DNA of 64,000 nucleotides from Eledone cirrhosa. Its lineage: Eukaryota. Every line of letters starts with the position of its first letter. The stretch's first letter is position 1. The stretch is from NCBI GenBank assembly GCA_964016885.1, contig OZ024743.1:209994001-210058000 (forward strand). The letters run 5' to 3'. Made by a program: the position numbers and the translations under genes. Below, piece after piece: positions 31,160 through 47,669 of this stretch. Below the pieces are notes generated by a model, which had not been told where the DNA came from, did not search any database, and saw only the letters and a list, made by a program, of their open reading frames with translations.

Positions 31160-34100
31160 ATGAAAGCTCTTCACCCCATAAGATATACCACAGTTTACCA
31201 TCCTGTAGCCACACATGAAAGCTCTTCACTCCATAAGATATACCACAGTTTACCATCCTATAGCCAGATGAAAGCTCTTCACTCCATAAGATATACCACA
31301 GTTTACCATCCTATAGCCACACATGAAAGCTCTTCACTCCATAAGATATACCACAGTTTATATTCCTATAGCCACACATAAAAGTTCTTCACTCGATAAG
31401 ATATACCACAGTTTACCATCCTATAGCCACACATGAAAGCTCTTCACTCCATAAGATATACCACAGTTTACCATCCTATAGCCAGATGAAAGCTCTTCAC
31501 TCCATAAGATATACGACAGTTTACCATCCTATAGCCACACATGAAAGCTCTTCAATCCATAAGATATACCTCAGTTTACCATCCTATAGCCACAGATGAA
31601 ATCTCTTCACTCCATAAGATATACCACAGTTTACCATCCTATAGCCACAGATGAAAGCTCTTCACTCCATAAGATATACCACAGTTTACCATCCTATAGC
31701 CACACATGAAAGCTCTTCACTCCATGAGATATACCACAGTTTACCATCCTATAGTCAAGCCAGGGATGAAAGCTCTTCACTCCATAAGATATACCCCAGT
31801 TCACCATCCTATAGCCAGATGAAAGCTCTTCACTCCATAAGATATACCACAGTTTACCACCCTATAGCCACAGATGAAAGCTCTTCACTCCATGAGATAT
31901 ACCACAGTTTACCATCCTATAGCCACGCCACGGATGAAAGCTCTTCACTCCATAAGATATACCACAGTTTACAATCCTATAGCCACAGATGAAAGCTCTT
32001 CACTCCATAAGATATACCACAGTTTACCATCCTATGGCCACAGATGAAAGCTCTTCACTCCATAATATATACCACAGTTTACCATCCTATAGCCACAGAT
32101 GAAAGCTCTTCACTCCATAAGATATACCACAGTTTACCATCCTGTAGCCACACATGAAAGCTCTTCACTCCATAAGATATACCACAGTTTACCATCCTAT
32201 AGTCAAGCCAGGGATGAAAGCTCTTCACTCCATAAGATATACCACAGTTTACCATCTTATAGTCACACATGAAAGCTCTTCACTCCATAAGATATAACAC
32301 AGTTTACCATCCTATAGCCAGATGAAAGCTCTTCACTCCATAAGATATACCACAGTTTACCATCCTATAGCCACAGATGAAAGCTCTTCACTCCATAAGA
32401 TATACCACAGTTTACCATCCTATAGCCACAGATTAAAGCTCTTCACTCCATAAGATATACCACAGTTTACCATCCTATAGCCACAGATGAAAGCTGTTCA
32501 CTCCATAAGATATACCACAGTTTACCATCCTATAGCCACACATGAAAGCTCTTCACTCCATAAGATATACCACAGTTTACCATCCTATAGCCACAGATGA
32601 AAGCTGTTCACTCCATAATATATACGACAGTTTAACATCCTATATCCACAGATGAAAGCTGTTCACTCCATAAGATATACGACAGTTTACCATCCTATAG
32701 CCAGATGAAAGCTCTTCACTCCATAAGATATATCACAGTTTACCATCCTATAGCCACAGATGAAAGCTGTTCACTCCATAAGATATACCACAGTTTACCA
32801 TCCTATAGCCAGATGAAAGCTCTTCACTCCATAAGATATACCACAGTTTACCATCCTAAAGCCACAGATGAAAGCTCTTCACTCCATAAGATATACCACA
32901 GTTTACCATCCTATAGCGACAGATGAAAGCTGTTTTCTCCATAAGATATACCACAGTTTACCATCCTATAGCCAGATGAAAGCTCTTCACTCCATAAGAT
33001 ATACCACAGTTTACCATCCTATAGCCACAGATGAAAGCTGTTCACTCCATAAGATATACCACAGTTTACCATCCTATAGCCAGATGAAAGCTCTTCACTC
33101 CATAAGATATACCACAGTTTACCATCCTAAAGCCACAGATGAAAGCTCTTCACTCCATAAGATATACCACAGTTTACCATCCTATAGCCACAGATGAAAG
33201 CTCTTCACTCCATAAGATATACCACAGTTTACCATCCTAAAACCACAGATGAAAGCTCTTCACTCCATAAGATATACCACAGTTTACCATCCTATAGCCA
33301 CAGATGAAAGCTCTTCACTCCATAAGATATACCACAGTTTACCATCCTATAGCCACAGATGAAAGCTCTTCACCCCATAAGATATACCACAGTTTACCAT
33401 CCTATAGCCACACATGAAAGCTCTTCACTCCATAAGATATACCACAGTTTACCATCCTATAGCCACAGATGAAAGCTCTTCACCCCATAAGATATACCAC
33501 AGTTTACCATCCTGTAGCCACACATGAAAGCTCTTCACTCCATAAGATATACCACAGTTTACCATCCTATAGTCAAGCCACGGATGAAAGCTCTTTACTC
33601 CATAAGATATACCACAGTTTACCATCCTATAGTCACACATGAAAGCTCTTCACTCCATAAGATATAACACAGTTTACCATCCTATAGCCAGATGAAAGCT
33701 CTTCACTCCATAAGATATACCACAGTTTACCATCCTATAGCCACACATGAAAGCTCTTCACTCCATAAGATATACCACAGTTTACCATCCTATGGCCACA
33801 CATGAAAGCTCTTCACCCCATAAGATATACCACAGTTTACCATCCTATAGCCACACATGAAAGCTCTTCACTCCATAAGATATACCACAGTTTACCATCC
33901 TATAGCCAGATGAAAGCTCTTGACTCCATAAGATATACCACAGTTTACCATCCTATAGCCACACATGAAAGCTCTTCACTCCATAAGATATACCACAGTT
34001 TATATTCCTATAGCCACACATAAAAGTTCTTCACTCGATAAGATATACCACAGTTTACCATCCTATAGCCACACATGAAAGCTCTTCACTCCATAAGATA

Positions 34101-36100
34101 TACCACAGTTTACCATCCTATAGCCAGATGAAAGCTCTTCACTCCATAAGATATACGACAGTTTACCATCCTATAGCCACACATGAAAGCTCTTCAATCC
34201 ATAAGATATACCTCAGTTTACCATCCTATAGCCACAGATGAAATCTCTTCACTCCATAAGATATACCACAGTTTACCATCCTATAGCCACAGATGAAAGC
34301 TCTTCACTCCATAAGATATACCACAGTTTACCATCCTATAGCCACACATGAAAGCTCTTCACTCCATGAGATATACCACAGTTTACCATCCTATAGTCAA
34401 GCCAGGGATGAAAGCTCTTCACTCCATAAGATATACCCCAGTTCACCATCCTATAGCCAGATGAAAGCTCTTCACTCCATAAGATATACCACAGTTTACC
34501 ACCCTATAGCCACAGATGAAAGCTCTTCACTCCATGAGATATACCACAGTTTACCATCCTATAGCCACGCCACGGATGAAAGCTCTTCACTCCATAAGAT
34601 ATACCACAGTTTACAATCCTATAGCCACAGATGAAAGCTCTTCACTCCATAAGATATACCACAGTTTACCATCCTATGGCCACAGATGAAAGCTCTTCAC
34701 TCCATAATATATACCACAGTTTACCATCCTATAGCCACAGATGAAAGCTCTTCACTCCATAAGATATACCACAGTTTACCATCCTGTAGCCACACATGAA
34801 AGCTCTTCACTCCATAAGATATACCACAGTTTACCATCCTATAGTCAAGCCAGGGATGAAAGCTCTTCACTCCATAAGATATACCACAATTTACCATCCT
34901 ATAGTCACACATGAAAGCTCTTCAATCCATAAGATATAACACAGTTTACCATCCTATAGCCAGATGAAAGCTCTTCACTCCATAAGATATACCACAGTTT
35001 ACCATCCTATAGCCACAGATGAAAGCTCTTCACTCCATAAGATATACCACAGTTTACCATCCTATAGCCACAGATTAAAGCTCTTCACTCCATAAGATAT
35101 ACCACAGTTTAACATCCTATAGCCACAGATGAAAGCTGTTCACTCCATAAGATATACCACAGTTTACCATCCTATAGCCACACATGAAAGCTCTTCACTC
35201 CATAAGATATACCACAGTTTACCATCCTATAGCCACAGATGAAAGCTGTTCACTCCATAATATATACGACAGTTTAACATCCTATATCCACAGATGAAAG
35301 CTGTTCACTCCATAAGATATACGACAGTTTACCATCCTATAGCCAGATGAAAGCTCTTCACTCCATAAGATATATCACAGTTTACCATCCTATAGCCACA
35401 GATGAAAGCTGTTCACTCCATAAGATATACCACAATTTACCATCCTATAGCCAGATGAAAGCTCTTCACTCCATAAGATATACCACAGTTTACCATCCTA
35501 AAGCCACAGATGAAAGCTCTTCACTCCATAAGATATACCACAGTTTACCATCCTATAGCGACAGATGAAAGCTGTTTTCTCCATAAGATATACCACAGTT
35601 TACCATCCTATAGCCAGATGAAAGCTCTTCACTCCATAAGATATACCACAGTTTACCATCCTATAGCCACAGATGAAAGCTGTTCACTCCATAAGATATA
35701 CCACAGTTTACCATCCTATAGACAGATGAAAGCTCTTCACTCCATAAGATATACCACAGTTTACCATCCTAAAGCCACAGATGAAAGCTCTTCACTCCAT
35801 AAGATATACCACAGTTTACCATCCTATAGCCACAGATGAAAGCTCTTCACTCCATAAGATATACCACAGTTTACCATCCTAAAACCACAGATGAAAGCTC
35901 TTCACTCCATAAGATATACCACAGTTTACCATCCTATAGCTACAGATGAAAGCTCTTCACTCCATAAGATATACCACAGTTTACCATCCTATAGCCACAG
36001 ATGAAAGCTCTTCACCCCATAAGATATACCACAGTTTACCATCCTATAGCCACACATGAAAGCTCTTCACTCCATAAGATATACCACAGTTTACCATCCT
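31160..36100 (+). repeat. 2642-bp tandem duplication; same block also at -5104 (26.5-28.4 kb)
   Basis: ORF starts 31160/31651/32079/32705/32868 map to 33802/34293/34721/35347/35510, and 26547/26975/27601/27764 map to 31651/32079/32705/32868. Confidence 0.85.
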
Positions 36101-39100
36101 ATAGCCACACATGAAAGCTCTTCACTCCATAAGATATACCACAGTTTACCATCCTATAGCCACACATGAAAGCTCTTCACTCCATAAGATATACCACAGT
36201 TTACCATCCTATAGCCACAGATGAAAGCTCTTCACCCCATAAGATATACCACAGTTTACCATCCTATAGCCACACATGAAAGCTCTTCACCCCATCAGAT
36301 ATACCACAGTTTACCATCCTATTGCCACACATTAAAGCTCTTCACTCCATAATATATACCAGAGTTTACCATCCTATAGCCACACATGAAAGCTCTTCAC
36401 TCCATAAGATATACCACAGTTTACCATCCTATAGCCAGATGAAAGCTCTTCACTCCATAAGATATACGATAGTTTACCATCCTATAGCCACACATGAAAT
36501 CTCTTCACTCCATAAGATATACCACAGTTTACCATCCTATAGCCACACATGAAAGCTCTTCACTCCATAAGATATACGTCAGTTTACCATCCTATAGCCA
36601 CAGATGAAAGCTCTTCACTCCATAAGATATACCACAGTTTACTATCCTATAGCCACACATGAGAGCTCTTCACCCCATAAGATATACCACAGTTTACCAT
36701 CCTATAGCCAGATGAAAGCTCTTCACTCCGTAAAATATACCACAGTTTACCATCCTATAGCCACACATGAAAGCTCTTCACTCCATAAGATATACCACAG
36801 TTTACCATCCTATAGCCACAGATGAAAGCTCTTCACTCCATAAGATATACCACAGTTTAACATCCTATAGCCACAGATGAAAGTTCTTCACTCCATACGA
36901 TATACCACAGTTTACCATCCTATAGCCACAGATAAAAGCTCTTCACCCCATAAGATATACCACAGTTTACCATCCTATAGCCACACATGAAAGCTCTTCA
37001 CTCCATAAGATATACCACAGTTTACCATCCTATAGCCACACATGAAAGCTCTTCACTCCATAAGATATACCACAGTTTACCATCCTATAGCCACAGATTA
37101 AAGCTCTTCACCCCATAAGATATACCACAGTTTACCATCCTATAGCCACAGATGAAAGCTCTTCACCCCATGAGACATACCACAGTTTACCATCCTATAG
37201 CCACACATGAAAGCTCTTCACTCCATAAGATATACCACAGTTTACCATCCTATAGCCACACATGAAAGCTCTTCACGCCATAAGATATACCTCAGTTTAC
37301 GATCCTATAGCCACAGATGAAAGCTCTTCACTCCATAAGATATACCACAGTTTACCATCCTATAGCCACAGATGAAAGCTCTTCACTCCATAAGATATAC
37401 CACAGTTTACCATGCTATAGCCACAGATGAAAGCTGTTCACTCCATAAGATATACGACAGTTTACCATCCTATAGCCACAGATGAAAGCTGTTCACTCCA
37501 TAAGATATACGACAGTTTACCATCCTATAGCCAGATGAAAGCTCTTCACTCCATAAGATATACCACAGTTTACCATCCTATAGCCACAGATGAAAGCTGT
37601 TCACTCCATAAGATATACCACAGTTTACCATCCTATAGCCAGATGAAAGCTCTTCATTCCATAAGATATACCACAGTTTACCATCCTATAGCCAGATGAA
37701 AGCTCTTCACTCCATAAGATATACCACAGTTTACCATCCTATAGCCACAGATGAAAGCTCTTCACTCCATAAGATATACCACAGTTTACCACCCTATAGC
37801 CACAGATGAAAGCTCTTCACTCCATGAGATATACCACAGTTTACCATCCTATACCCACAGATGAAAGCGCTTCACTCCATAAGATATACCACAGTTTAAC
37901 ATCCTATAGCCACAGATGAAATCTCTTCACCCCATAAGATATACCACGGTTTAACATCCTATAGCCACAGATGAAAGCTCTTCACTCCATACGATATACC
38001 ACAGTTTACCATCCTATAGCCACAGATGAAAGCTCTTAACTCCATAAGATATACCACAGTTTACCATCCTATAGCCACAGAAGAAAGCTCTTCATCCCAT
38101 AAGATATACCACAGTTTACCATCCTGTAGCCACACATGAAAGCTCTTCACTCCATAAGATATACCACAGTTTACCATCCTATAGTCAAGCCACGGATGAA
38201 AGCTCTTCACTCCATAAGATATACCACAGTTTACCATCCTATAGTCACACATGAAAGCTCTTCACTCCATAAGATATAACACAGTTTACCATCCTATAGC
38301 CAGATGAAAGCTCTTCACTCCATAAGATATACCACAGTTTACCATCCTATAGCCACAGATGAAAGCTCTTCACTCCATAAGATATACCACAGTTTACCAT
38401 CCTATAGCCACAGATTAAAGCTCTTCACTCCATAAGATATACCACAGTTTACCATCCTATAGCCACAGATGAAAGCTGTTCACTCCATAAGATATACCAC
38501 AGTTTACCATCCTATAGCCACACATGAAAGCTCTTCACTCCATAAGATATACCACAGTTTACCATCCTATAGCCACAGATGAAAGCTGTTCACTCCATAA
38601 TATATACGACAGTTTAACATCCTATATCCACAGATGAAAGCTGTTCACTCCATAAGATATACGACAGTTTACCATCCTATAGCCAGATGAAAGCTCTTCA
38701 CTCCATAAGATATATCACAGTTTACCATCCTATAGCCACAGATGAAAGCTGTTCACTCCATAAGATATACCACAGTTTACCATCCTATAGCCAGATGAAA
38801 GCTCTTCACTCCATAAGATATACCACAGTTTACCATCCTAAAGCCACAGATGAAAGCTCTTCACTCCATAAGATATACCACAGTTTACCATCCTATAGCG
38901 ACAGATGAAAGCTGTTTTCTCCATAAGATATACCACAGTTTACCATCCTATAGCCAGATGAAAGCTCTTCACTCCATAAGATATACCACAGTTTACCATC
39001 CTATAGCCACAGATGAAAGCTCTTCACTCCATAAGATATACCACAGTTTACCATCCTATAGCCACACATGAAAGCTCTTCACTCCATGAGATATACCACA

Positions 39101-42100
39101 GTTTACCATCCTATAGTCAAGCCAGGGATGAAAGCTCTTCACTCCATAAGATATACCCCAGTTCACCATCCTATAGCCAGATGAAAGCTCTTCACTCCAT
39201 AAGATATACCACAGTTTACCACCCTATAGCCACAGATGAAAGCTCTTCACTCCATGAGATATACCACAGTTTACCATCCTATAGCCACGCCACGGATGAA
39301 AGCTCTTCACTCCATAAGATATACCACAGTTTACAATCCTATAGCCACAGATGAAAGCTCTTCACTCCATAAGATATACCACAGTTTACCATCCTATGGC
39401 CACAGATGAAAGCTCTTCACTCCATAATATATACCACAGTTTACCATCCTATAGCCACAGATGAAAGCTCTTCACTCCATAAGATATACCACAGTTTACC
39501 ATCCTGTAGCCACACATGAAAGCTCTTCACTCCATAAGATATACCACAGTTTACCATCCTATAGTCAAGCCAGGGATGAAAGCTCTTCACTCCATAAGAT
39601 ATACCACAGTTTACCATCCTATAGTCACACATGAAAGCTCTTCACTCCATAAGATATAACACAGTTTACCATCCTATAGCCAGATGAAAGCTCTTCACTC
39701 CATAAGATATACCACAGTTTACCATCCTATAGCCACAGATGAAAGCTCTTCACTCCATAAGATATACCACAGTTTACCATCCTATAGCCACAGATTAAAG
39801 CTCTTCACTCCATAAGATATACCACAGTTTACCATCCTATAGCCACAGATGAAAGCTGTTCACTCCATAAGATATACCACAGTTTACCATCCTATAGCCA
39901 CACATGAAAGCTCTTCACTCCATAAGATATACCACAGTTTACCATCCCATAGCCACAGATGAAAGCTGTTCACTCCATAATATATACGACAGTTTAACAT
40001 CCTATATCCACAGATGAAAGCTGTTCACTCCATAAGATATACGACAGTTTACCATCCTATAGCCAGATGAAAGCTCTTCACTCCATAAGATATATCACAG
40101 TTTACCATCCTATAGCCACAGATAAAAGCTGTTCACTCCATAAGATATACCACAGTTTACCATCCTATAGCCAGATGAAAGCTCTTCACTCCATAAGATA
40201 TACCACAGTTTACCATCCTAAAGCCACAGATGAAAGCTCTTCACTCCATAAGATATACCACAGTTTACCATCCTATAGCGACAGATGAAAGCTGTTTTCT
40301 CCATAAGATATACCACAGTTTACCATCCTATAGCCAGATGAAAGCTCTTCACTCCATAAGATATACCACAGTTTACCATCCTATAGCCACAGATGAAAGC
40401 TGTTCACTCCATAAGATATACCACAGTTTACCATCCTATAGCCAGATGAAAGCTCTTCACTCCATAAGATATACCACAGTTTACCATCCTAAAGCCACAG
40501 ATGAAAGCTCTTCACTCCATAAGATATACCACAGTTTACCATCCTATAGCCACAGATGAAAGCTCTTCACTCCATAAGATATACCACAGTTTACCATCCT
40601 AAAACCACAGATGAAAGCTCTTCACTCCATAAGATATACCACAGTTTACCATCCTATAGCCACAGATGAAAGCTCTTCACTCCATAAGATATACCACAGT
40701 TTACCATCCTATAGCCACAGATGAAAGCTCTTCACCCCATAAGATATACCACAGTTTACCATCCTATAGCCACAGATGAAAGCTGTTCACTCCATAAGAT
40801 ATACCACAGTTTACCATCCTATAGCCACACATGAAAGCTCTTCACTCCATAAGATATACCACAGTTTACCATCCTATAGCCACACATGAAAGCTCTTCAC
40901 TCCATAAGATATACCACAGTTTACCATCCTATAACCACAGATGAAAGCTCTTCACCCCATAAGATATACCACAGTTTACCATCCTATAGCCACACATGAA
41001 AGCTCTTCACCCCATCAGATATACCACAGTTTACCATCCTATTGCCACACATTAAATCTCTTCACTCCATAATATATACCAGAGTTTACCATCCTATAGC
41101 CACACATGAAAGCTCTTCACTCCATAAGATATACCACAGTTTACCATCCTATAGCCAGATGAAAGCTCTTCACTCCATAAGATATACGATAGTTTACCAT
41201 CCTATAGCCACACATGAAATCTCTTCACTCCATAAGATATACCACAGTTTACCATCCTATAGCCACACATGAAAGCTCTTCACTCCATAAGATATACGTC
41301 AGTTTACCATCCTATAGCCACAGATGAAAGCTCTTCACTCCATAAGATATACCACAGTTTACTATCCTATAGCCACACATGAGAGCTCTTCACCCCATAA
41401 GATATACCACAGTTTACCATCCTATAGCCAGATGAAAGCTCTTCACTCCGTAAAATATACCACAGTTTACCATCCTATAGCCACACATGAAAGCTCTTCA
41501 CTCCATAAGATATACCACAGTTTACCATCCTATAGCCACAGATGAAAGCTCTTCACTCCATAAGATATACCACAGTTTAACATCCTATAGCCACAGATGA
41601 AAGCTCTTCACTCCATACGATATACCACAGTTTACCATCCTATAGCCACAGATGAAAGCTTTTCACTCCATAAGATATACCACAGTTTACCATCCTATAG
41701 CCACAGATGAAAGCTCTTCACCCCATAAGATATACCCCAGTTAACCATCCTATAGCCACACATGAAAGCTCTTCACTCCATAAGATATACCACAGTTTAC
41801 CATCCTATAGCCACACATGAAAGCTCTTCACTCCATAAGATATACCACAGTTTACCATCCTATAGCCACAGATTAAAGCTCTTCACCCCATAAGATATAC
41901 CACAGTTTACCATCCTATAGCCACAGATGAAAGCTCTTCACCCCATGAGACATACCACAGTTTACCATCCTATAGCCACACATGAAAGCTCTTCACTCCA
42001 TAAGATATACCACAGTTTACCATCCTATAGCCACACATGAAAGCTCTTCACGCCATAAGATATACCTCAGTTTACGATCCTATAGCCACAGATGAAAGCT

Positions 42101-43730
42101 CTTCACTCCATAAGATATACCACAGTTTACCATCCTATAGCCACAGATGAAAGCTCTTCACTCCATAAGATATACCACAGTTTACCATGCTATAGCCACA
42201 GATGAAAGCTGTTCACTCCATAAGATATACGACAGTTTACCATCCTATAGCCACAGATGAAAGCTGTTCACTCCATAAGATATACGACAGTTTACCATCC
42301 TATAGCCAGATGAAAGCTCTTCACTCCATAAGATATACCACAGTTTACCATCCTATAGCCACAGATGAAAGCTGTTCACTCCATAAGATATACCACAGTT
42401 TACCATCCTATAGCCAGATGAAAGCTCTTCATTCCATAAGATATACCACAGTTTACCATCCTATAGCCAGATGAAAGCTCTTCACTCCATAAGATATACC
42501 ACAGTTTACCATCCTATAGCCACAGATGAAAGCTCTTCACTCCATAAGATATACCACAGTTTACCACCCTATAGCCACAGATGAAAGCTCTTCACTCCAT
42601 AAGATATACCACAGTTTAACATCCTATAGCCACAGATGAAATCTCTTCACCCCATAAGATATACCACGGTTTAACATCCTATAGCCACAGATGAAAGCTC
42701 TTCACTCCATACGATATACCACAGTTTACCATCCTATAGCCACAGATGAAAGCTCTTAACTCCATAAGATATACCACAGTTTACCATCCTATAGCCACAG
42801 ATGAAAGCTCTTCACCCCATAAGATATACCACAGTTTACCATCCTGTAGCCACACATGAAAGCTCTTCACTCCATAAGATATACCACAGTTTACCATCCT
42901 ATAGTCAAGCCACGGATGAAAGCTCTTCACTCCATAAGATATACCACAGTTTACCATACTATAGTCACACATGAAAGCTCTTCACTCCATAAGATATAAC
43001 ACAGTTTACCATCCTATAGCCAGATGAAAGCTCTTCACTCCATAAGATATACCACAGTTTACCATCCTATAGCCACAGATGAAAGCTCTTCACTCCATAA
43101 GATATACCACAGTTTACCATCCTATAGCCACAGATTAAAGCTCTTCACTCCATAAGATATACCACAGTTTACCATCCTATAGCCACAGATGAAAGCTGTT
43201 CACTCCATAAGATATACCACAGTTTACCATCCTATAGCCACACATGAAAGCTCTTCACTCCATAAGATATACCACAGTTTACCATCCTATAGCCACAGAT
43301 GAAAGCTGTTCACTCCATAATATATACGACAGTTTAACATCCTATATCCACAGATGAAAGCTGTTCACTCCATAAGATATACGACAGTTTACCATCCTAT
43401 AGCCAGATGAAAGCTCTTCACTCCATAAGATATATCACAGTTTACCATCCTATAGCCACAGATGAAAGCTGTTCACTCCATAAGATATACCACAGTTTAC
43501 CATCCTATAGCCAGATGAAAGCTCTTCACTCCATAAGATATACCACAGTTTACCATCCTAAAGCCACAGATGAAAGCTCTTCACTCCATAAGATATACCA
43601 CAGTTTACCATCCTATAGCGACAGATGAAAGCTGTTTTCTCCATAAGATATACCACAGTTTACCATCCTATAGCCAGATGAAAGCTCTTCACTCCATAAG
43701 ATATACCACAGTTTACCATCCTATAGCCAC
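34290..43730 (+). repeat. 4720-bp (~86-monomer) tandem duplication
   Basis: ORF starts 34293/34721/35347/35510/36322/36604/38061/38687/38850 map to 39013/39441/40067/40230/41042/41324/42781/43407/43570. A shared GATTAAAG...CACCCC monomer lies at ~37097 and ~41871. Confidence 0.88.
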
Positions 43731-46700
43731 AGATGAAAGCTGTTCACTCCATAAGATATACCACAGTTTACCATCCTATAGCCAGATGAAAGCTCTTCAC
43801 TCCATAAGATATACCACAGTTTACCATCCTAAAGCCACAGATGAAAGCTCTTCACTCCATAAGATATACCACAGTTTACCATCCTATAGCCACAGATGAA
43901 AGCTCTTCACTCCATAAGATATACCACAGTTTACCATCCTAAAACCACAGATGAAAGCTCTTCACTCCATAAGATATACCACAGTTTACCATCCTATAGC
44001 CACAGATGAAAGCTCTTCACTCCATAAGATATACCACAGTTTACCATCCTAGAGCCACAGATGAAAGCTCTTCACCCCATAAGATATACCACAGTTTACC
44101 ATCCTATAGCCACACATGAAAGCTCTTCACTCCATAAGATATACCACAGTTTACCATCCTATAGCCACACATGAAAGCTCTTCACTCCATAAGATATACC
44201 ACAGTTTACCATCCTATAGCCACGCATGAAAGCTCTTCACTCCATAAGATATACCACAGTTTACCATCCTATAGCCACAGATGAAAGCTCTTCACCCCAT
44301 AAGATATACCACAGTTTACCATCCTATAGCCAAACATGAAAGCTCTTCACTCCATAAGATATACCACAGTTTACCATCCTATAGCCAGATGAAAGCTCTT
44401 CACTCCATAAGATATACGATAGTTTACCATCCTATAGCCACACATGAAATCTCTTCACTCCATAAGATATACCACAGTTTACCATCCTATAGCCACACAT
44501 GAAAGCTCTTCACTCCATAAGATATACGTCAGTTTACAATCCTATAGCCACAGATGAAAGCTCTTCACTCCATAAGATATACCACAGTTTACTATCCTGT
44601 AGCCACACATGAGAGCTCTTCACCCCATAAGATATACCACAGTTTACCATCCTATAGCCAGATGAAAGCTCTTCACTCCGTAAAATATACCACAGTTTAC
44701 CATCCTATAGCCACACATGAAAGCTCTTCACTCCATAAGATATACCACAGTTTACCATCCTATAGCCACAGATGAAAGCTCTTCACTCCATAAGATATAC
44801 CACAGTTTAACATCCTATAGCCACAGATGAAAGCTCTTCACTCCATACGATATACCACAGTTTACCATCCTATAGCCACAGATGAAAGCTTTTCACTCCA
44901 TAAGATATACCACAGTTTACCATCCTATAGCCACAGATGAAAGCTCTTCACCCCATAAGATATACCCCAGTTAACCATCCTATAGCCACACATGAAAGCT
45001 CTTCACTCCATAAGATATACCACAGTTTACCATCCTATAGCCACAGATAAAAGCTCTTCACCCCATAAGATATACCACAGTTTACCATCCTATAGCCACG
45101 CATGAAAGCTCTTCACTCCATAAGATATACCACAGTTTACCATCCTATAGCCACAGATGAAAGCTCTTCACCCCATAAGATATACCACAGTTTACCATCC
45201 TATAGCCACAGATGAAAGCTCTTCACCCCATGAGACATACCACAGTTTACCATCCTATAGCCACACATGAAAGCTCTTCACTCCATAAGATATACCACAG
45301 TTTACCATCCTATAGCCACACATGAAAGCTCTTCACGCCATAAGATATACCTCAGTTTACCATCCTATAGCCACAGATGAAAGCTCTTCACTCCATAAGA
45401 TATACCACAGTTTACCATCCTATAGCCACAGATGAAAGCTCTTCACTCCATAAGATATACCACAGTTTACCATGCTATAGCCACAGATGAAAGCTGTTCA
45501 CTCCATAAGATATACGACAGTTTACCATCCTATAGCCACAGATGAAAGCTGTTCACTCCATCAGATATACGACTGTTTACCATCCTATAGCCAGATGAAA
45601 GCTCTTCACTCCATAAGATATACCACAGTTTACCATCCTATAGCCACAGATGAAAGCTGTTCACTCCATAAGATATACCACAGTTTACCATCCTATAGCC
45701 AGATGAAAGCTCTTCATTCCATAAGATATACCACAGTTTACCATCCTATAGCCAGATGAAAGCTCTTCACTCCATAAGATATACCACAGTTTACCATCCT
45801 ATAGCCACAGATGAAAGCTCTTCACTCCATAAGATATACCACAGTTTACCAACCTATAGCCACAGATGAAAGCTCTTCACTCCATGAGATATACCACAGT
45901 TTACCATCCTATAGCCACAGATGAAAGCTCTTCACTCCATAAGATATACCACAGTTTAACATCCTATAGCCACAGATGAAAGCTCTTCACCCCATAAGAT
46001 ATACCACGGTTTAACATCCTATAGCCACAGATGAAAGCTCTTCACTCCATACGATATACCACAGTTTACCATCCTATAGCCACAGATGAAAGCTCTTAAC
46101 TCCATAAGATATACCACAGTTTACCATCCTATAGCCACAGATGAAAGCTCTTCACCCCATAAGATATACCCCAGTTTACCATCCTATAGCCACACATGAA
46201 AGCTCTTCACTCCATAAGATATACCAAAGTTTACCATCCTATAGCCACAGATAAAAGCTCTTCACCCCATAAGATATACCACAGTTTACCATCCTATAGC
46301 CACACATGAAAGCTCTTCACTCCATAAGATATACCACAGTTTACCATCCTATAGCCACAGATGAAATCTCTTCACTCCATAAGATATACCACAGTTTACC
46401 ATCCTATAGCCACACATGAAAGCTCTTCACTCCATAAGATATACCACAGTTTACCATCCTATAGCCACAGATGAAATCTCTTCACTCCATAAGATATACC
46501 ACAGTTTACCATCCTATAGCCACACATGAAAGCTCTTCACTCCATAAGATATACCACAGTTTACCATCCTATAGCCACAGATGAAAGCTCTTCACCCCAT
46601 AAGATATACCACAGTTTACCATCCTATAGCCACAGATGAAAGCTCTTCACCCCATGAGATATACCACAGTTTACCATCCTATAGCCACACATGAAAGCTC

Positions 46701-47669
46701 TTCACTCCATAAGATATACCACAGTTTACCATCCTATAGCCACACATGAAAGCTCTTCACTCCATAAGATATACCACAGTTTACCATCCTATAACCACAC
46801 ATGAAAGCTCTTCACTCCATAAGATATACCACAGTTTACCATCCTATAGCCACAGATGAAAGCTCTTCACCCCATAAGATATACCACAGTTTACCATCCT
46901 ATAGCCACACATGAAAGCTCTTCACGCCATAAGATATACCTCAGTTTACCATCCTATAGCCACAGATGAAAGCTCTTCACTCCTTAAGATATACCACAGT
47001 TTACCTTCCTATAGCCACAGATGAAAGCTCTTCACTCCATAAGATATACCACAGTTTACAATGCTATAGCCACAGATGAAAGCTGTTCACTCCATAAGAT
47101 ATACGACAGTTTACCATCCTATAGCCACAGATGAAAGCTCTTCACTCCATAAGATATACCACAGTTTACCATCCTATAGCCACAGATGAAAGCTCTTCAC
47201 TCCATAAGATATACCACAGTTTAACATCCTATAGCCACAGATGAAAGCTCTTCACTCCATACGATATACCACAGTTTACCATCCTATAGCCACAGATGAA
47301 AGCTTTTCACTCCATAAGATATACCACAGTTTACCATCCTATAGCCACAGATGAAAGCTCTTCACCCCATAAGATATACCCCAGTTAACCATCCTATAGC
47401 CACACATGAAAGCTCTTCACTCCATAAGATATACCACAGTTTACCATCCTATAGCCACAGATAAAAGCTCTTCACCCCATAAGATATACCACAGTTTACC
47501 ATTCTATAGCCACACATGAAAACTCTTCACTCCATAAGATATACCACAGTTTACCATCCTATAGCCACACATGAAAGCTCTTCACTCCATAAGATATACC
47601 ACAGTTTACCATCCTATAGCCACAGATGAAAGCTCTTCACCCCATAAGCTATACCACAGTTTACCATCC

